DNA of 64,000 bases from an uncultured Bacilli bacterium (GCA_947624565.1 CANQKX010000003.1:11340-75339); one strand, 5' to 3'; positions 20,076-30,093 are shown, numbered from the stretch's first letter. The notes: generated by a model from the sequence alone, not told the origin. Program-made: numbers and translations.

Positions 20076-20098
20076 AAAGCCATACTAGGCTTTTTTTT
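20076..20098 (+). terminator. Intrinsic terminator at the element's left end
   Basis: AAAGCC-ATACTA-GGCTTT running into a T tract; directly at the stop of the circular-form recombinase. Confidence 0.7.
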
Positions 20099-20210
20099 GT
20101 TTCAAGTAATTTAATTAGATTAAATAGTAGTAACTAATGATATAATGTATATATAAACATATTTAGACATAGTTATTTTTACTAATTCATTCTTTTATTT
20201 GTGTGGTGAA

Positions 20211-20239
20211 TTGACAGTTTTAATGTTTTATAGTATTAT
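20211..20239 (+). promoter_or_regulatory. sigmaA-type promoter of the cargo operon
   Basis: TTGACA-N17-TATTAT about 40 nt upstream of the first ATG. Confidence 0.55.
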
Positions 20240-20281
20240 AAACACCATAAAAAAGGGATTTGGTTTGAATCGGGTGATTTT

Positions 20282-21151
20282 ATGATAGATTTACATACTC
20301 ATACAGTTCATTCGGATGGGATGTTAACAGTGAATGAATTGATTAATAATGCCGTTGAGAATAATGTTGAAGTTATATCTATAACTGATCATGATACTAT
20401 TTCAGCATTAAGTGAATATAAAAATATGCATTTAAAAAATGATATATTGGTTATTCCTGGAGTTGAGTTTTCTACAGATACATATTATTTAGGTAGGAAA
20501 ACCAAAATTCATTTATTAGGATATGGTTATAGTGTTGGAGATAAAGTAATAAATCAAGTATTACATGAATTATATATTAGGCGCTTTAATGACAATAAGG
20601 AATATATAGAAAATTTAATAAAAAAATTTCATTATTTAAATATGGATTATTTTAATGGCTTTGACTATGGTAAATATGGATGGTTATATAAGAATATATT
20701 GAATTATATAAAAACATTTATAGATAGGGAACAATTAGAATTATTGAAAGAATATTTGATAAATAATAGACCTCGTTATAATAAATATAATGAGAGAGTT
20801 GAAGATATGATTAGATTAATACATTCTTGCAATGGTTATGCAGTATTTGCACATCCTCAAAAGTGTGATGTTACTAAAGAAGAACTTCAAAAATTAGTTA
20901 TATATTTGAGAAATTTAGGATTAGATGGATTAGAGACATATCATATTGAATCAGATCAAAATGATAGAAATTATATACATAGTTTAGCTTTAAAATATGA
21001 TTTATATGAAACTGGTGGAAGTGATTTTCATAGTTTTAAGTACTCTAACGGTGTTGGTGATTCCAATATAAGATTTCCTCAAGATTATGAACCATTATTA
21101 GTAAAAAAGTTAATAAAAGAAAAAAAAGTGTTGGGTGATATCATTGAATAA
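20282..21151 (+). CDS. PHP-domain phosphoesterase
   Basis: DLHTHTVHSDG, ITDHD, IPGVEFS, FAHP, TGGSDFH. Confidence 0.9.
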   Translation: MIDLHTHTVHSDGMLTVNELINNAVENNVEVISITDHDTISALSEYKNMHLKNDILVIPGVEFSTDTYYLGRKTKIHLLGYGYSVGDKVINQVLHELYIRRFNDNKEYIENLIKKFHYLNMDYFNGFDYGKYGWLYKNILNYIKTFIDREQLELLKEYLINNRPRYNKYNERVEDMIRLIHSCNGYAVFAHPQKCDVTKEELQKLVIYLRNLGLDGLETYHIESDQNDRNYIHSLALKYDLYETGGSDFHSFKYSNGVGDSNIRFPQDYEPLLVKKLIKEKKVLGDIIE

Positions 21152-22082
21152 TGAAAATATAATGTTAGAAAAATATAACAAAAAATATCTATTACCTGTA
21201 TATTCTGGAACACTCGCTATTGAAGGAATTCTTAAAAGTTTAAGATTAGGTAAAAATGATAAGGTGTTGATTACTAATGTTGTATGCTATAGTATTTTAC
21301 ATGCTATACTAAATGCTGGTTTGATTCCAATTATAGCAATCCCTAGTAATGGGCTAACATTAAGTAAAAAAGAAATCAGAGAAATAGTAAAAAAGGAAAA
21401 AATTAAAGTATTTATTGCGGTTCATCAATATGGTTATGAACAAGAGATAGAGAAAATTAATAATTTAATTATTATCGAAGATATTTCTCAAGCTTGGAAT
21501 ATTAAATTAAATAATAGACAAGTTGGAGAAAATAGTGATTATATTATATCTTCTTTAGGAAATAGTAAGCCATTATCCAATGGTGTTGGTGGATTAATAA
21601 TGTCTAATATTAACTTTATTAGTAAGTTTGATATAAAAACTAAAGAGTGTAGAAATAGTATTGATAGTATTTTGGAGTTTTATTATCCATTAACAATTAA
21701 TTATAAAAGAATAGTTAAAAAAGCAAATAAAAAAGTTTCTAATCAAAGAAAAAATGCAAATTTTTTTAAAAAATTACTAAAAATTTATAATTTTATTAGA
21801 TTAATAGATGAAAACAATACTATTCCAAGTTATCACAGGTTTCCAATATATGTAGATGATATTGAATATGATAATATTTTAAAAATTTTAGATAAATGTA
21901 AGGTTAATTATCAAAAAGAATATAAAAATAAGTTAGACAAGTTAAATGTAGTTAAGAAATTAGATATTAAAGTAGTTAGTAATAATAACATAAAAGAAAA
22001 GTGTTTATTATTAAAAACTAATAATAATTATCTAAATTTGAAAAAATTTGAAATTGAAATGAGGAAGCACTATGGATCCTAA
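21135..22082 (+). CDS. DegT/DnrJ-family PLP aminotransferase-like protein, N-terminally short
   Basis: SGTLA, VHQYG, IIEDISQA, SLGNSKPLSNGVGG. Confidence 0.75.
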   Translation: MISLNNENIMLEKYNKKYLLPVYSGTLAIEGILKSLRLGKNDKVLITNVVCYSILHAILNAGLIPIIAIPSNGLTLSKKEIREIVKKEKIKVFIAVHQYGYEQEIEKINNLIIIEDISQAWNIKLNNRQVGENSDYIISSLGNSKPLSNGVGGLIMSNINFISKFDIKTKECRNSIDSILEFYYPLTINYKRIVKKANKKVSNQRKNANFFKKLLKIYNFIRLIDENNTIPSYHRFPIYVDDIEYDNILKILDKCKVNYQKEYKNKLDKLNVVKKLDIKVVSNNNIKEKCLLLKTNNNYLNLKKFEIEMRKHYGS

Positions 22083-23019
22083 AATTATGTATATAAGAGT
22101 ATCAGAAAATTGTAATTCTCATTGTTTTATGTGTCATTTTGCTGGTACTACTAATTCAATAAATATAAATAATGAACAATACGATAAAATATTAAAACAT
22201 ATGAGAAATCATAATTACAAGATGATTAGGTTTACAGGTGGAGAGCCTTTATTGCATAAGAATATAATTGATTTTTTAATCAAGGCAAAAAAACTTGGAG
22301 TTAAAACTTCAATAATTACAAATGGTTATCTATTACCAATATATGCTGATCGACTTATAGATTGTAAATTAGATGAGTGCATTATTAGTTTAGATGGATC
22401 TTGTAGCAGTATTCATGATAGTTTAAGAAATTTTAATGGGTGTTTTGAAAATATAATTAAAGGTATAAAAAAATTAAAAAGTAAAAATATCATCATAAGA
22501 GTTAATACAGTAGTGAGCGGTAAGAATATACATGATATAAATAATATGTACGATTTATTAGTAAATTTAGGTGTAGATCAGTGGTCTATAATACCTATTA
22601 AATATAAGGATAATTTATGGAATGAACATAGTAAAAAATACTATTTAGATTTTGTTGATAGGGTAAAAGATTCTACTAGCATAAAGTTTTTAGGTTATTC
22701 TAAAAACTTTGCTGGTATTAGTGACAAAGAAATTGATGATACTTTTTCTAATAACTCCACATTAAAAATTAATGGTCAATGTAAAGTGGTTGATAATGTA
22801 AGATTTTATATACCCGATAAGGATATACTAATTCCCTGTAATTGTGTTGCACATAGATTAAAGGAAATACCCTTTGATTTAAGTGGTGATATGGAAGAAG
22901 TATGTGAAAAAATCCGACTATGGTTAAAAGAGAATAATTCTAATTGTAAATGTGAACCGTTAAATGTTTATATTAACGATCATCCTGAAATAATGGATGA
23001 AGATGAAATATTATATTAG
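22072..23019 (+). CDS. Radical SAM enzyme, BlsE/MilG-like (cytosylglucuronate-modifying)
   Basis: YIRVSENCNSHCFMCHFA CxxxCxxC, IRFTGGEPLLH, ITNG, SLDG; C-terminal Cys residues; N-terminus resembles BlsE as recalled. Confidence 0.75.
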   Translation: MDPKIMYIRVSENCNSHCFMCHFAGTTNSININNEQYDKILKHMRNHNYKMIRFTGGEPLLHKNIIDFLIKAKKLGVKTSIITNGYLLPIYADRLIDCKLDECIISLDGSCSSIHDSLRNFNGCFENIIKGIKKLKSKNIIIRVNTVVSGKNIHDINNMYDLLVNLGVDQWSIIPIKYKDNLWNEHSKKYYLDFVDRVKDSTSIKFLGYSKNFAGISDKEIDDTFSNNSTLKINGQCKVVDNVRFYIPDKDILIPCNCVAHRLKEIPFDLSGDMEEVCEKIRLWLKENNSNCKCEPLNVYINDHPEIMDEDEILY

Positions 23020-23030
23020 GTGGTGATAAT

Positions 23031-24185
23031 ATGATAAATCCTAATGAATATGGTAGTTTATTATTTGATGAAAAAGAAAAAGAATATTTAAGTAATGTAA
23101 TTGATACAAGAAGAATATTTAGATATTCAAAAACACAATATCCTTATACATCTATGTGTGAAGAAAAAATTAAGAATTTAGTAGGTTCTAATTATTGTTT
23201 AATGACAACTAATGGTACTTCATCTTTAAAGAGTGCATTTATAGGTGCTAATGTTAAAAAAGGTGATAGAGTATTAATCAGTTCTTATACATTTTTAGCT
23301 ACTGCTTTAGCGGCTATAGCAATAGGAGCAATTCCTATACCAATAGAAGTTGACTTAGATTATGGTGTTAATATAGAGGATTTAAAAAATGAGATTAAAT
23401 TAGGATGTAAGACTTTAGTTGTTGTTCATTTTCAAGGTAGAACATTTGACTTAAGTGAAGTAAAAAGAATATGTAAAAAAAATGGTGTTATTTTAATTGA
23501 AGATGCTTGCCAGGCTTTTGGAGCAAAGTTTAAAGATAAGTATGCAGGAACATTTGGAGAAATTGGTGTTTATAGTTTTCAGCAATTTAAACAAATAACA
23601 TGTGGCGAAGGTGGATGTGTTGTTACAAACAATGAACTAATATTTAACAGAATGCGTAATTATACAGATATGGGATCAACTAGAAATAGATTTCCATCGT
23701 GGGATAGTGATGAGGCATTGTTTGGTGAAAATAATAGAATGAATAATTTATGCGCTGCTGTGCTGTATGCTCAATTAGAAAAATTAGATAAAATAATTTC
23801 TAAACAAAGAAAATCTAGAGAAAATATAATGAAAAAAATTAGTAATATTAACAACATATTAACAAGCAAGGATAGTAGTGGAGATACTGGCATGAATATT
23901 ATTATTATATTGAATGATAAAAAATTTAAAGAAGAAGTTATTAATATTGGTAAAGAGAATGATATTGAATTTAGAAATATGTGGGCATCATTATACTATG
24001 ATAATGAATTGTTTAAAAAATATAAATTAACATCTAAAGATTTAAAAAATAAAGAATGTAGTTATACAAGAGAGTTGATTGATAAAATGTTAGTAGTTTC
24101 TATTCCTCCAATACTAAATTCTGATGATGAAGTTAAGATAGCAAATTTAATTCAGATAATAAATAATAAGGGGTATTTATCATGA
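23031..24185 (+). CDS. DegT/DnrJ/EryC1/StrS sugar aminotransferase (BlsH/MilD-like role)
   Basis: TNGTSSL, VVVHFQG, IEDACQAFG, SFQQFKQITCGEGG. Confidence 0.9.
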   Translation: MINPNEYGSLLFDEKEKEYLSNVIDTRRIFRYSKTQYPYTSMCEEKIKNLVGSNYCLMTTNGTSSLKSAFIGANVKKGDRVLISSYTFLATALAAIAIGAIPIPIEVDLDYGVNIEDLKNEIKLGCKTLVVVHFQGRTFDLSEVKRICKKNGVILIEDACQAFGAKFKDKYAGTFGEIGVYSFQQFKQITCGEGGCVVTNNELIFNRMRNYTDMGSTRNRFPSWDSDEALFGENNRMNNLCAAVLYAQLEKLDKIISKQRKSRENIMKKISNINNILTSKDSSGDTGMNIIIILNDKKFKEEVINIGKENDIEFRNMWASLYYDNELFKKYKLTSKDLKNKECSYTRELIDKMLVVSIPPILNSDDEVKIANLIQIINNKGYLS

Positions 24186-25117
24186 TAATTGAAAGTATTA
24201 GTAATAATGAATATTTGGAAATTCTAAAAAATAATAATATAGATATTCCTATATATGCAGATCAAGAAGCACTTGATATATATTCTGAAAAAGAAATTAT
24301 TAAAGTTGTTAAGAATGATTGTCCATTAGCTGTATTTTTAGTACCAATCAATAATAATGGAGTTAGAAGGGAGTATAGATTTTTTCCATATATAAGTCCA
24401 ATATTTATAAATAATGAAAACAATTATAGTAAAAAGAAAGTACTAAAAATAATTTTTAATTATTTATTTAATAAATATGATTACTGTTTTATTCCATTAC
24501 ATCCTTCATTTAAAATGATTTCTGGGATACAAAGTGAAGGTGGATTTGTCGAAATGCGACATACTCATGTAACTGATAAGAAAATGAGTTTAGATAATGT
24601 ACCAACTAAATTAAGAAATCATATTAGAAATGCTTTTAAACAAGTAGAAGTTGTTATAGAAAGTGATTATGATGATTATGATTTTAATTTAGCAATTAAG
24701 GGTGATAAGGATGAAATTTTTAAAAGAAGTAATTTAGCTAAGAAGTTAATCGATAGTGGAAAAGGTTTAGTAATTAAGGGTATTGTTAATGGTAAAGTTA
24801 AAGCAGGTATAATTTGTATATACGATAAAGAGTGGGCATATTTATTACATTCTTATCAAGATAAAACAATTAGGGGTATTATTCCTTTACTTATATTAAA
24901 AGCAAATGAATATTTATTTGATGAAGTAGGAATAAAATATTTTGATTTTGAGGGAAGTGTTATAGATGAAATAGATGATTTCTTTTCTAGTTTTAATGTA
25001 AATATAGTAAACTATCCATACATAATTGAATCAAAATCAAAAGAAAAATTTTATGGATTGATTGATAGAAGTATGAATATTGAGGGAAGGATAAAAGAAT
25101 ATGAAAGTAACAAATAG
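24182..25117 (+). CDS. GNAT/FemAB-like acyltransferase-fold protein
   Basis: KLRNHIRNA...AYLL...GIKYFDFEGS...FFSSF pattern of Fem-type GNAT domains. Confidence 0.65.
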   Translation: MIIESISNNEYLEILKNNNIDIPIYADQEALDIYSEKEIIKVVKNDCPLAVFLVPINNNGVRREYRFFPYISPIFINNENNYSKKKVLKIIFNYLFNKYDYCFIPLHPSFKMISGIQSEGGFVEMRHTHVTDKKMSLDNVPTKLRNHIRNAFKQVEVVIESDYDDYDFNLAIKGDKDEIFKRSNLAKKLIDSGKGLVIKGIVNGKVKAGIICIYDKEWAYLLHSYQDKTIRGIIPLLILKANEYLFDEVGIKYFDFEGSVIDEIDDFFSSFNVNIVNYPYIIESKSKEKFYGLIDRSMNIEGRIKEYESNK

Positions 25118-26144
25118 AGAATTTACTAATATAAAAAATGGTAGGCAAGTATATATAATTACTGAAGATGATAGTTTTAAAAACAAAGATTTTGTATTAT
25201 TAGAGTGCGAATCTGAAAATATAGAAGTGGAAATAACAATTAAATACAAATATAATAATTTAGATGATTGCTTTAATTTAATTCCTTTTGAATTGTTTGG
25301 AAATTTCAAAAATAAAGACGAAGCTAAAGACTATTATAAAAATGTGAAAAATATTATAGTATATAGAATAAAGTATGATAATAAGAAGTCTTTAAGTAAT
25401 GAATTGGATCCTGAATTACTAAAATTAATTGATTTATCTTCAATTAATAAGAATACAATAGGTCATAGTTCTAGTGAAGTTTATGAAGTAAGATTGAAAG
25501 ATGGGACTAATGCAATTTTAAAAATTCAATATTTAACTAGTAGAAATGATTTGAAAGGAGAATATGAAAGAAATAAATGGTTAGAGGGAAAATTAAACGT
25601 TCCAAAAGTATACTATTATAAAGAATTAAATAATTTTCAATATTATTTAAGAGAAATGAAAAATGGTATATCTGCTCACAAAGTAGAAAATTTTGCTAAA
25701 TTGGTGGGTAAAAATCTAAAGCAGATACATAGTATAGATATTACAAATTGTCCTTTTAATAATAATAGTGTTGACAACTTATTAAAAATAGCTCTATCTA
25801 AAATCGATATAATTCTACCAACCATACTAGAAATATATCCAGAAATGAATAAGGAAAGTATTCTTGAATTTTTAAAAGATAATAAACCTACTGATAATGT
25901 ATTGGTACATGGAGATTATAGTTTGCCAAATATATTAATAGATGATAATGGGAAAATAAGTTTAATTGATTTAGGGGACGTTAGTATATCAACTAAATAT
26001 TTTGATTTATATTACTTAAAGAAAAGTTTTGTTAGAAATAAAAAAATGGAATTTTTTAATGATTTTTTAGAAAGTTATGGACTATCTGAAATTGATGAAA
26101 AATCTATGAAGTGGATGGATATAATAGATAAGGTGCTATTTTAA
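25101..26144 (+). CDS. Aminoglycoside phosphotransferase APH(3')-like kinase with N-terminal ASCH-like domain
   Basis: IGHSSSEVY, WLEGKLNVPKV, LVHGDYSLPNIL, IDLGD; about 90-aa extra N-domain. Confidence 0.8.
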   Translation: MKVTNREFTNIKNGRQVYIITEDDSFKNKDFVLLECESENIEVEITIKYKYNNLDDCFNLIPFELFGNFKNKDEAKDYYKNVKNIIVYRIKYDNKKSLSNELDPELLKLIDLSSINKNTIGHSSSEVYEVRLKDGTNAILKIQYLTSRNDLKGEYERNKWLEGKLNVPKVYYYKELNNFQYYLREMKNGISAHKVENFAKLVGKNLKQIHSIDITNCPFNNNSVDNLLKIALSKIDIILPTILEIYPEMNKESILEFLKDNKPTDNVLVHGDYSLPNILIDDNGKISLIDLGDVSISTKYFDLYYLKKSFVRNKKMEFFNDFLESYGLSEIDEKSMKWMDIIDKVLF

Positions 26145-28243
26145 TGATTATCATAAGAAATATAAAAAAATTAGTTGAATATGAAAAAATAATAAGAAGT
26201 TTAAATATAAATAATTTTCAGCAAACATATGACAATATTTATTCAATTTATTTATCAAATAAAAGTGCAATTACATTTATTGAAAATGAGATGCTAACAG
26301 TATTTGTAAAAAGAGATGAAAATATTTATGAATGTCCTTTAAATATAGAACCAATTATAGGTAGTAAAAATACATCAAAAGAGTATTTAAATTTTATAAA
26401 TACTATTAAGAAATATTTAAAAAAAACAATATATTTTCCATTAGTATATGAAGATTCAAATTTTTATAAGATTTTAAAAAATGATGTGTATACTTATGAT
26501 AGATTATATACTTCAATATGTAATTATACTAAAATTGATAATATAATTGATAGAGTATTAAATAGTGATAGAGTACATTATTCCAATAAAAATGTTAAAA
26601 AGTTTGAAAATAAATTGTACATTAAATATTATACAAAGATAAATCCAAGAAATATTATAACAGAAATTGAAAGTGATAGTTGGAAACACTTAGCAAAACA
26701 AGATATGATAGCTAAAGAAGAACAACTTGTATATTATTCATCGATCGTAGAATTAGGTATTGCAAATATTGCAGTTTCTTACATGAAAGATACAAATGAT
26801 ATAGTTTCATATAGAATAGAAGCTTTATATAATAACAAAATTCATGTTTTAAAAAATTCTTATAAAGAGAAATATAAAAAATATTCACCAGGATCCTACA
26901 TGTTAATTAGTGATTTATACAATCATTATAAAAATACTGAATATATGGATTTATATGGTGGACCTGGTTTAGTTAAAGATATGATAGAAACGTATAGAGT
27001 TAATAGATACGATATGGTAATTGGTGATATGAAGGTAATCAGAGACTTAGAGAATAATAGAAAAAAATGGGATTTAAAAAACTATAATAATTTTTTAGAT
27101 GGTAAATCAATCAAAGAAGTATTTAATAAGAAAAAAAATATTCTTGCAGTTGCTAGCTGTTTTGGATTAGGTCCAGTAGGAAAATTAAGTGCTATTGTAG
27201 AAGCAAGTAAAAATGATTTTAACTGGTTTGCTTCTGGTGAAGAGTTTGATGTAAATGTATTTAATGATAAAAAAATATTTATTGATAAATGTTTTACTAT
27301 GGATAAAGATGAAATAAAAAAATTTATAGATAAATACAATATTAAATATGCTTTAGTAGTATTAAAAAATAAGATGGCCCGTCTACTATTAGAATTAAAT
27401 GTTAAAGTTATATATGTGGATAGTTTACCATTTTTGTGGAGTGTTGCAGATGCTAAAACTGGTAAAATCCCATATGATGTTGATTGCTATTGTGCACAAA
27501 AAACTATTGAATTATCTAATGAATCAAATAAATTGTTTAGCAATGTGAAAAACTTGGTTTGGATTAATCCAATTATAAATATTAACAGAAACAATTTAAA
27601 CAATAATCTTGAAAACGAAGAGTTTATCTTAATAAATATTGGAGGATTGCATTCTCCAACAACTAGTGGACTTGATTATGTAGATATTGTATTAAAAAGC
27701 ATTGTGAATATTTACAGTAACATTAAAATAATAATAACAACTTCTTCTGAAGCATCTATTGATTTAAATGAATATTTTAAAGAATATAAAAATGTTATTA
27801 TTAAAAATTTGAATCAAAATGATTTTTTTGAACATATCAAAAAAGCAAAAATTTTTTTTACAAGTCCTGGTTTAACTACTATATTAGAAAGTAGAAGTAT
27901 AGTTAATAAAGTGATTTTTTTACCACCACAAAATATAAGTCAATTTTATAATGTTGAATATGGAAAAAAAATATTTGAATATTATAAAGAGATTACTTGG
28001 AATAATAGTGATTTAAGTTTAATTGGTTTACAAAAGTATTTGAATAAGGATGAACATGGGGTCATAGAAATAATAAATGATAATATTCAAAAAATGAATA
28101 ATTTGAGTGATATAAAAAAATTTATAAAATACATTAACAGTGTTTTAAATGAGGATTATGTATTAAATAAAAAAAGTATTGATGTTAAATTTGATGGAGC
28201 TATGCAAGTAATAGATAATATCAAAAAAGTAATGGAGGAATAA
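26144..28243 (+). CDS. Fusion of GNAT-like domain and cytosylglucuronate (CGA) synthase-like GT-B glycosyltransferase
   Basis: N-half SWK...YKKYSPG...DLYGG GNAT pattern; C-half FGLGPVGKL, YVDSLPFLW, LINIGGLHSP, TSPGLTTILE, LPPQNISQ. Confidence 0.7.
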   Translation: MIIIRNIKKLVEYEKIIRSLNINNFQQTYDNIYSIYLSNKSAITFIENEMLTVFVKRDENIYECPLNIEPIIGSKNTSKEYLNFINTIKKYLKKTIYFPLVYEDSNFYKILKNDVYTYDRLYTSICNYTKIDNIIDRVLNSDRVHYSNKNVKKFENKLYIKYYTKINPRNIITEIESDSWKHLAKQDMIAKEEQLVYYSSIVELGIANIAVSYMKDTNDIVSYRIEALYNNKIHVLKNSYKEKYKKYSPGSYMLISDLYNHYKNTEYMDLYGGPGLVKDMIETYRVNRYDMVIGDMKVIRDLENNRKKWDLKNYNNFLDGKSIKEVFNKKKNILAVASCFGLGPVGKLSAIVEASKNDFNWFASGEEFDVNVFNDKKIFIDKCFTMDKDEIKKFIDKYNIKYALVVLKNKMARLLLELNVKVIYVDSLPFLWSVADAKTGKIPYDVDCYCAQKTIELSNESNKLFSNVKNLVWINPIININRNNLNNNLENEEFILINIGGLHSPTTSGLDYVDIVLKSIVNIYSNIKIIITTSSEASIDLNEYFKEYKNVIIKNLNQNDFFEHIKKAKIFFTSPGLTTILESRSIVNKVIFLPPQNISQFYNVEYGKKIFEYYKEITWNNSDLSLIGLQKYLNKDEHGVIEIINDNIQKMNNLSDIKKFIKYINSVLNEDYVLNKKSIDVKFDGAMQVIDNIKKVMEE

Positions 28244-28244
28244 T

Positions 28245-28691
28245 ATGAAAATATATTTAGCAAGTCCTATATCTAAATATGTAAGAAATGGAATGAATGA
28301 GGATTATACTGAAACTATGGATAATGTTTATAAATTATTATGTAATTATGGAGAAACATATTATCCGTTAAAAAAAGAAGCATATGGAGCCGATAAAACC
28401 GCTGGTTCAGGTGATGTATGTACGAAAATAGATTTTGATAAAGTAAATGAAGCAGACTTAATAGTTGCTTTCCCAGAAGATTCACAAGGTGTTTCTGTTG
28501 AAATAGGCTGGGCTAGCTCAGTAAATAAAAAAATACTTATTTTTATTGATAAAAAATACCATCAATCAGAATTAATTAGATTTATTGATACAATCACTCC
28601 TACAGTAAAAGTAAACATAGATACAGTAAAAGGTTATAAAAATGTTGAAAAACAAATATTAAATGAAATAAACAAGTATTTTGGAGGATAA
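28245..28691 (+). CDS. Nucleoside 2-deoxyribosyltransferase / CMP hydrolase family (BlsM/MilB-like)
   Basis: IYLASP, DFDKVNEADLIVA, SQGVSVEIGWA. Confidence 0.8.
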   Translation: MKIYLASPISKYVRNGMNEDYTETMDNVYKLLCNYGETYYPLKKEAYGADKTAGSGDVCTKIDFDKVNEADLIVAFPEDSQGVSVEIGWASSVNKKILIFIDKKYHQSELIRFIDTITPTVKVNIDTVKGYKNVEKQILNEINKYFGG

Positions 28692-28693
28692 TT

Positions 28694-29776
28694 ATGGAGT
28701 TAAAATGCGATTTTCAAGTTTATCATCCTTTGGGTGGAGCATCTTATGTTTTTGAACATGATATTATAAATTATATATTACGTAAATCTAAAAAGAGAAA
28801 AATTGTTATAAGTGTAGGGGCACAACCAAATTCTTCTCCACATTTTGGAACATTATGTGTATTTTCATTAGCTTTTTCACTTGCAAAAATGATTAAAGAA
28901 ATAAGTGGCGATAAAGAAGCTAGTGTTTTGTTTGAAGTAGTAGATACAGCTCCAAGCAAAACAATTGAAATAAATGAAATAAAGTATCAAAAAGATTTAA
29001 AAGATTCTAATAAAATGAAAGATTCAATGAATGACTTTCAAGAAATACTAGATTATTTTAGCGAAAAAAATAATATTAGTTATAGTATTAGAAATCAAAA
29101 CGCTTTTAATAGTCAAAAAGAAATTAAAAATATTTTAAAAAATATTATTTCAAAGCAGGATAAAATTAGGTATTTACTTGACCCTGATAATGGTAGATTA
29201 AGAATGAGGTGTACTTGTCCAAAATGTGGATTAGTGGATAAAGAAGGAATTAATACTACCATAGAAAATGATATTATTAAATCTATATGCCCAGAACATG
29301 GTGAATATATTGTAAATTATATGAAAAATAGTAATAGAGTTGAGTATAATACACCTTTGAGAAATTTAGTAAGAGCCATCTTATATGGAATTGTTAATGA
29401 AAGCAGTGACTATGATTACGAGATAATTAGAATTACTGGTGGCGATTATGCTGGATTTTATCAAGAAGAATTATTGTATAAAGTAGCTTCTATTTTAGGT
29501 TATAAAGTTAGTTCACTTCCAATGATATTGTATTGTCCACAAATATTAGATTGGTCTGGAGCAAAGTTGTCAAAAAGTCTATATGTAAAAGAAGGAGCTT
29601 ATTCAGATTTGCCAAAGTATGTAATTAACTATTCTTTTTTAAAAGAAAAATTTGGTATAAAGGGATTAGATGTTATAATGAATGAGACAGTGTTATGGTT
29701 AAATGAACCTTATAGACTATTTAGGAATTATTCAGTATATTATTTTATTAATTTATTTGAGAAAGGAAGATTATAA
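28694..29776 (+). CDS. Class I lysyl-tRNA synthetase-like catalytic domain without anticodon domain
   Basis: GAQPNSSPHFGT (HIGH-like), CPKCG...CPEHG, GAKLSKS (KMSKS-like); only 360 aa. Confidence 0.7.
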   Translation: MELKCDFQVYHPLGGASYVFEHDIINYILRKSKKRKIVISVGAQPNSSPHFGTLCVFSLAFSLAKMIKEISGDKEASVLFEVVDTAPSKTIEINEIKYQKDLKDSNKMKDSMNDFQEILDYFSEKNNISYSIRNQNAFNSQKEIKNILKNIISKQDKIRYLLDPDNGRLRMRCTCPKCGLVDKEGINTTIENDIIKSICPEHGEYIVNYMKNSNRVEYNTPLRNLVRAILYGIVNESSDYDYEIIRITGGDYAGFYQEELLYKVASILGYKVSSLPMILYCPQILDWSGAKLSKSLYVKEGAYSDLPKYVINYSFLKEKFGIKGLDVIMNETVLWLNEPYRLFRNYSVYYFINLFEKGRL

Positions 29777-30076
29777 ATGGATATAAAAAAAACTCAGGAA
29801 GAAATAATACAAAATAAGATAAATCATGGATTTAATACAACAGATATAGCTAAAGAGTTTTGTTTACTTTATGGTGAGGTTGGAGAAGCATATGAGGCAT
29901 ATCGTAAAAAGAAAGATGATTTAGGAGGAGAACTAGCAGATGTTGCAATTTATTTGTTAGGAATTTCAGAATTGTTAGGCTTTGATTTGGAAAAAGAAAT
30001 AAAAGATAAAATGGAAATAAATAAGAATAGAGTATATAAAAAAGTAGATGGGGTTAATGTTAAAGTTGACATTTAA
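29777..30076 (+). CDS. MazG-like nucleotide pyrophosphohydrolase
   Basis: LLYGEVGEAYEA...GGELADV. Confidence 0.85.
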   Translation: MDIKKTQEEIIQNKINHGFNTTDIAKEFCLLYGEVGEAYEAYRKKKDDLGGELADVAIYLLGISELLGFDLEKEIKDKMEINKNRVYKKVDGVNVKVDI

Positions 30077-30093
30077 TTATTTTAGTATATAAT
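30066..30093 (+). promoter_or_regulatory. Consensus sigmaA promoter for the ABC-F gene
   Basis: TTGACA-N16-TATAAT, 23 nt before ATG 30117. Confidence 0.65.
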
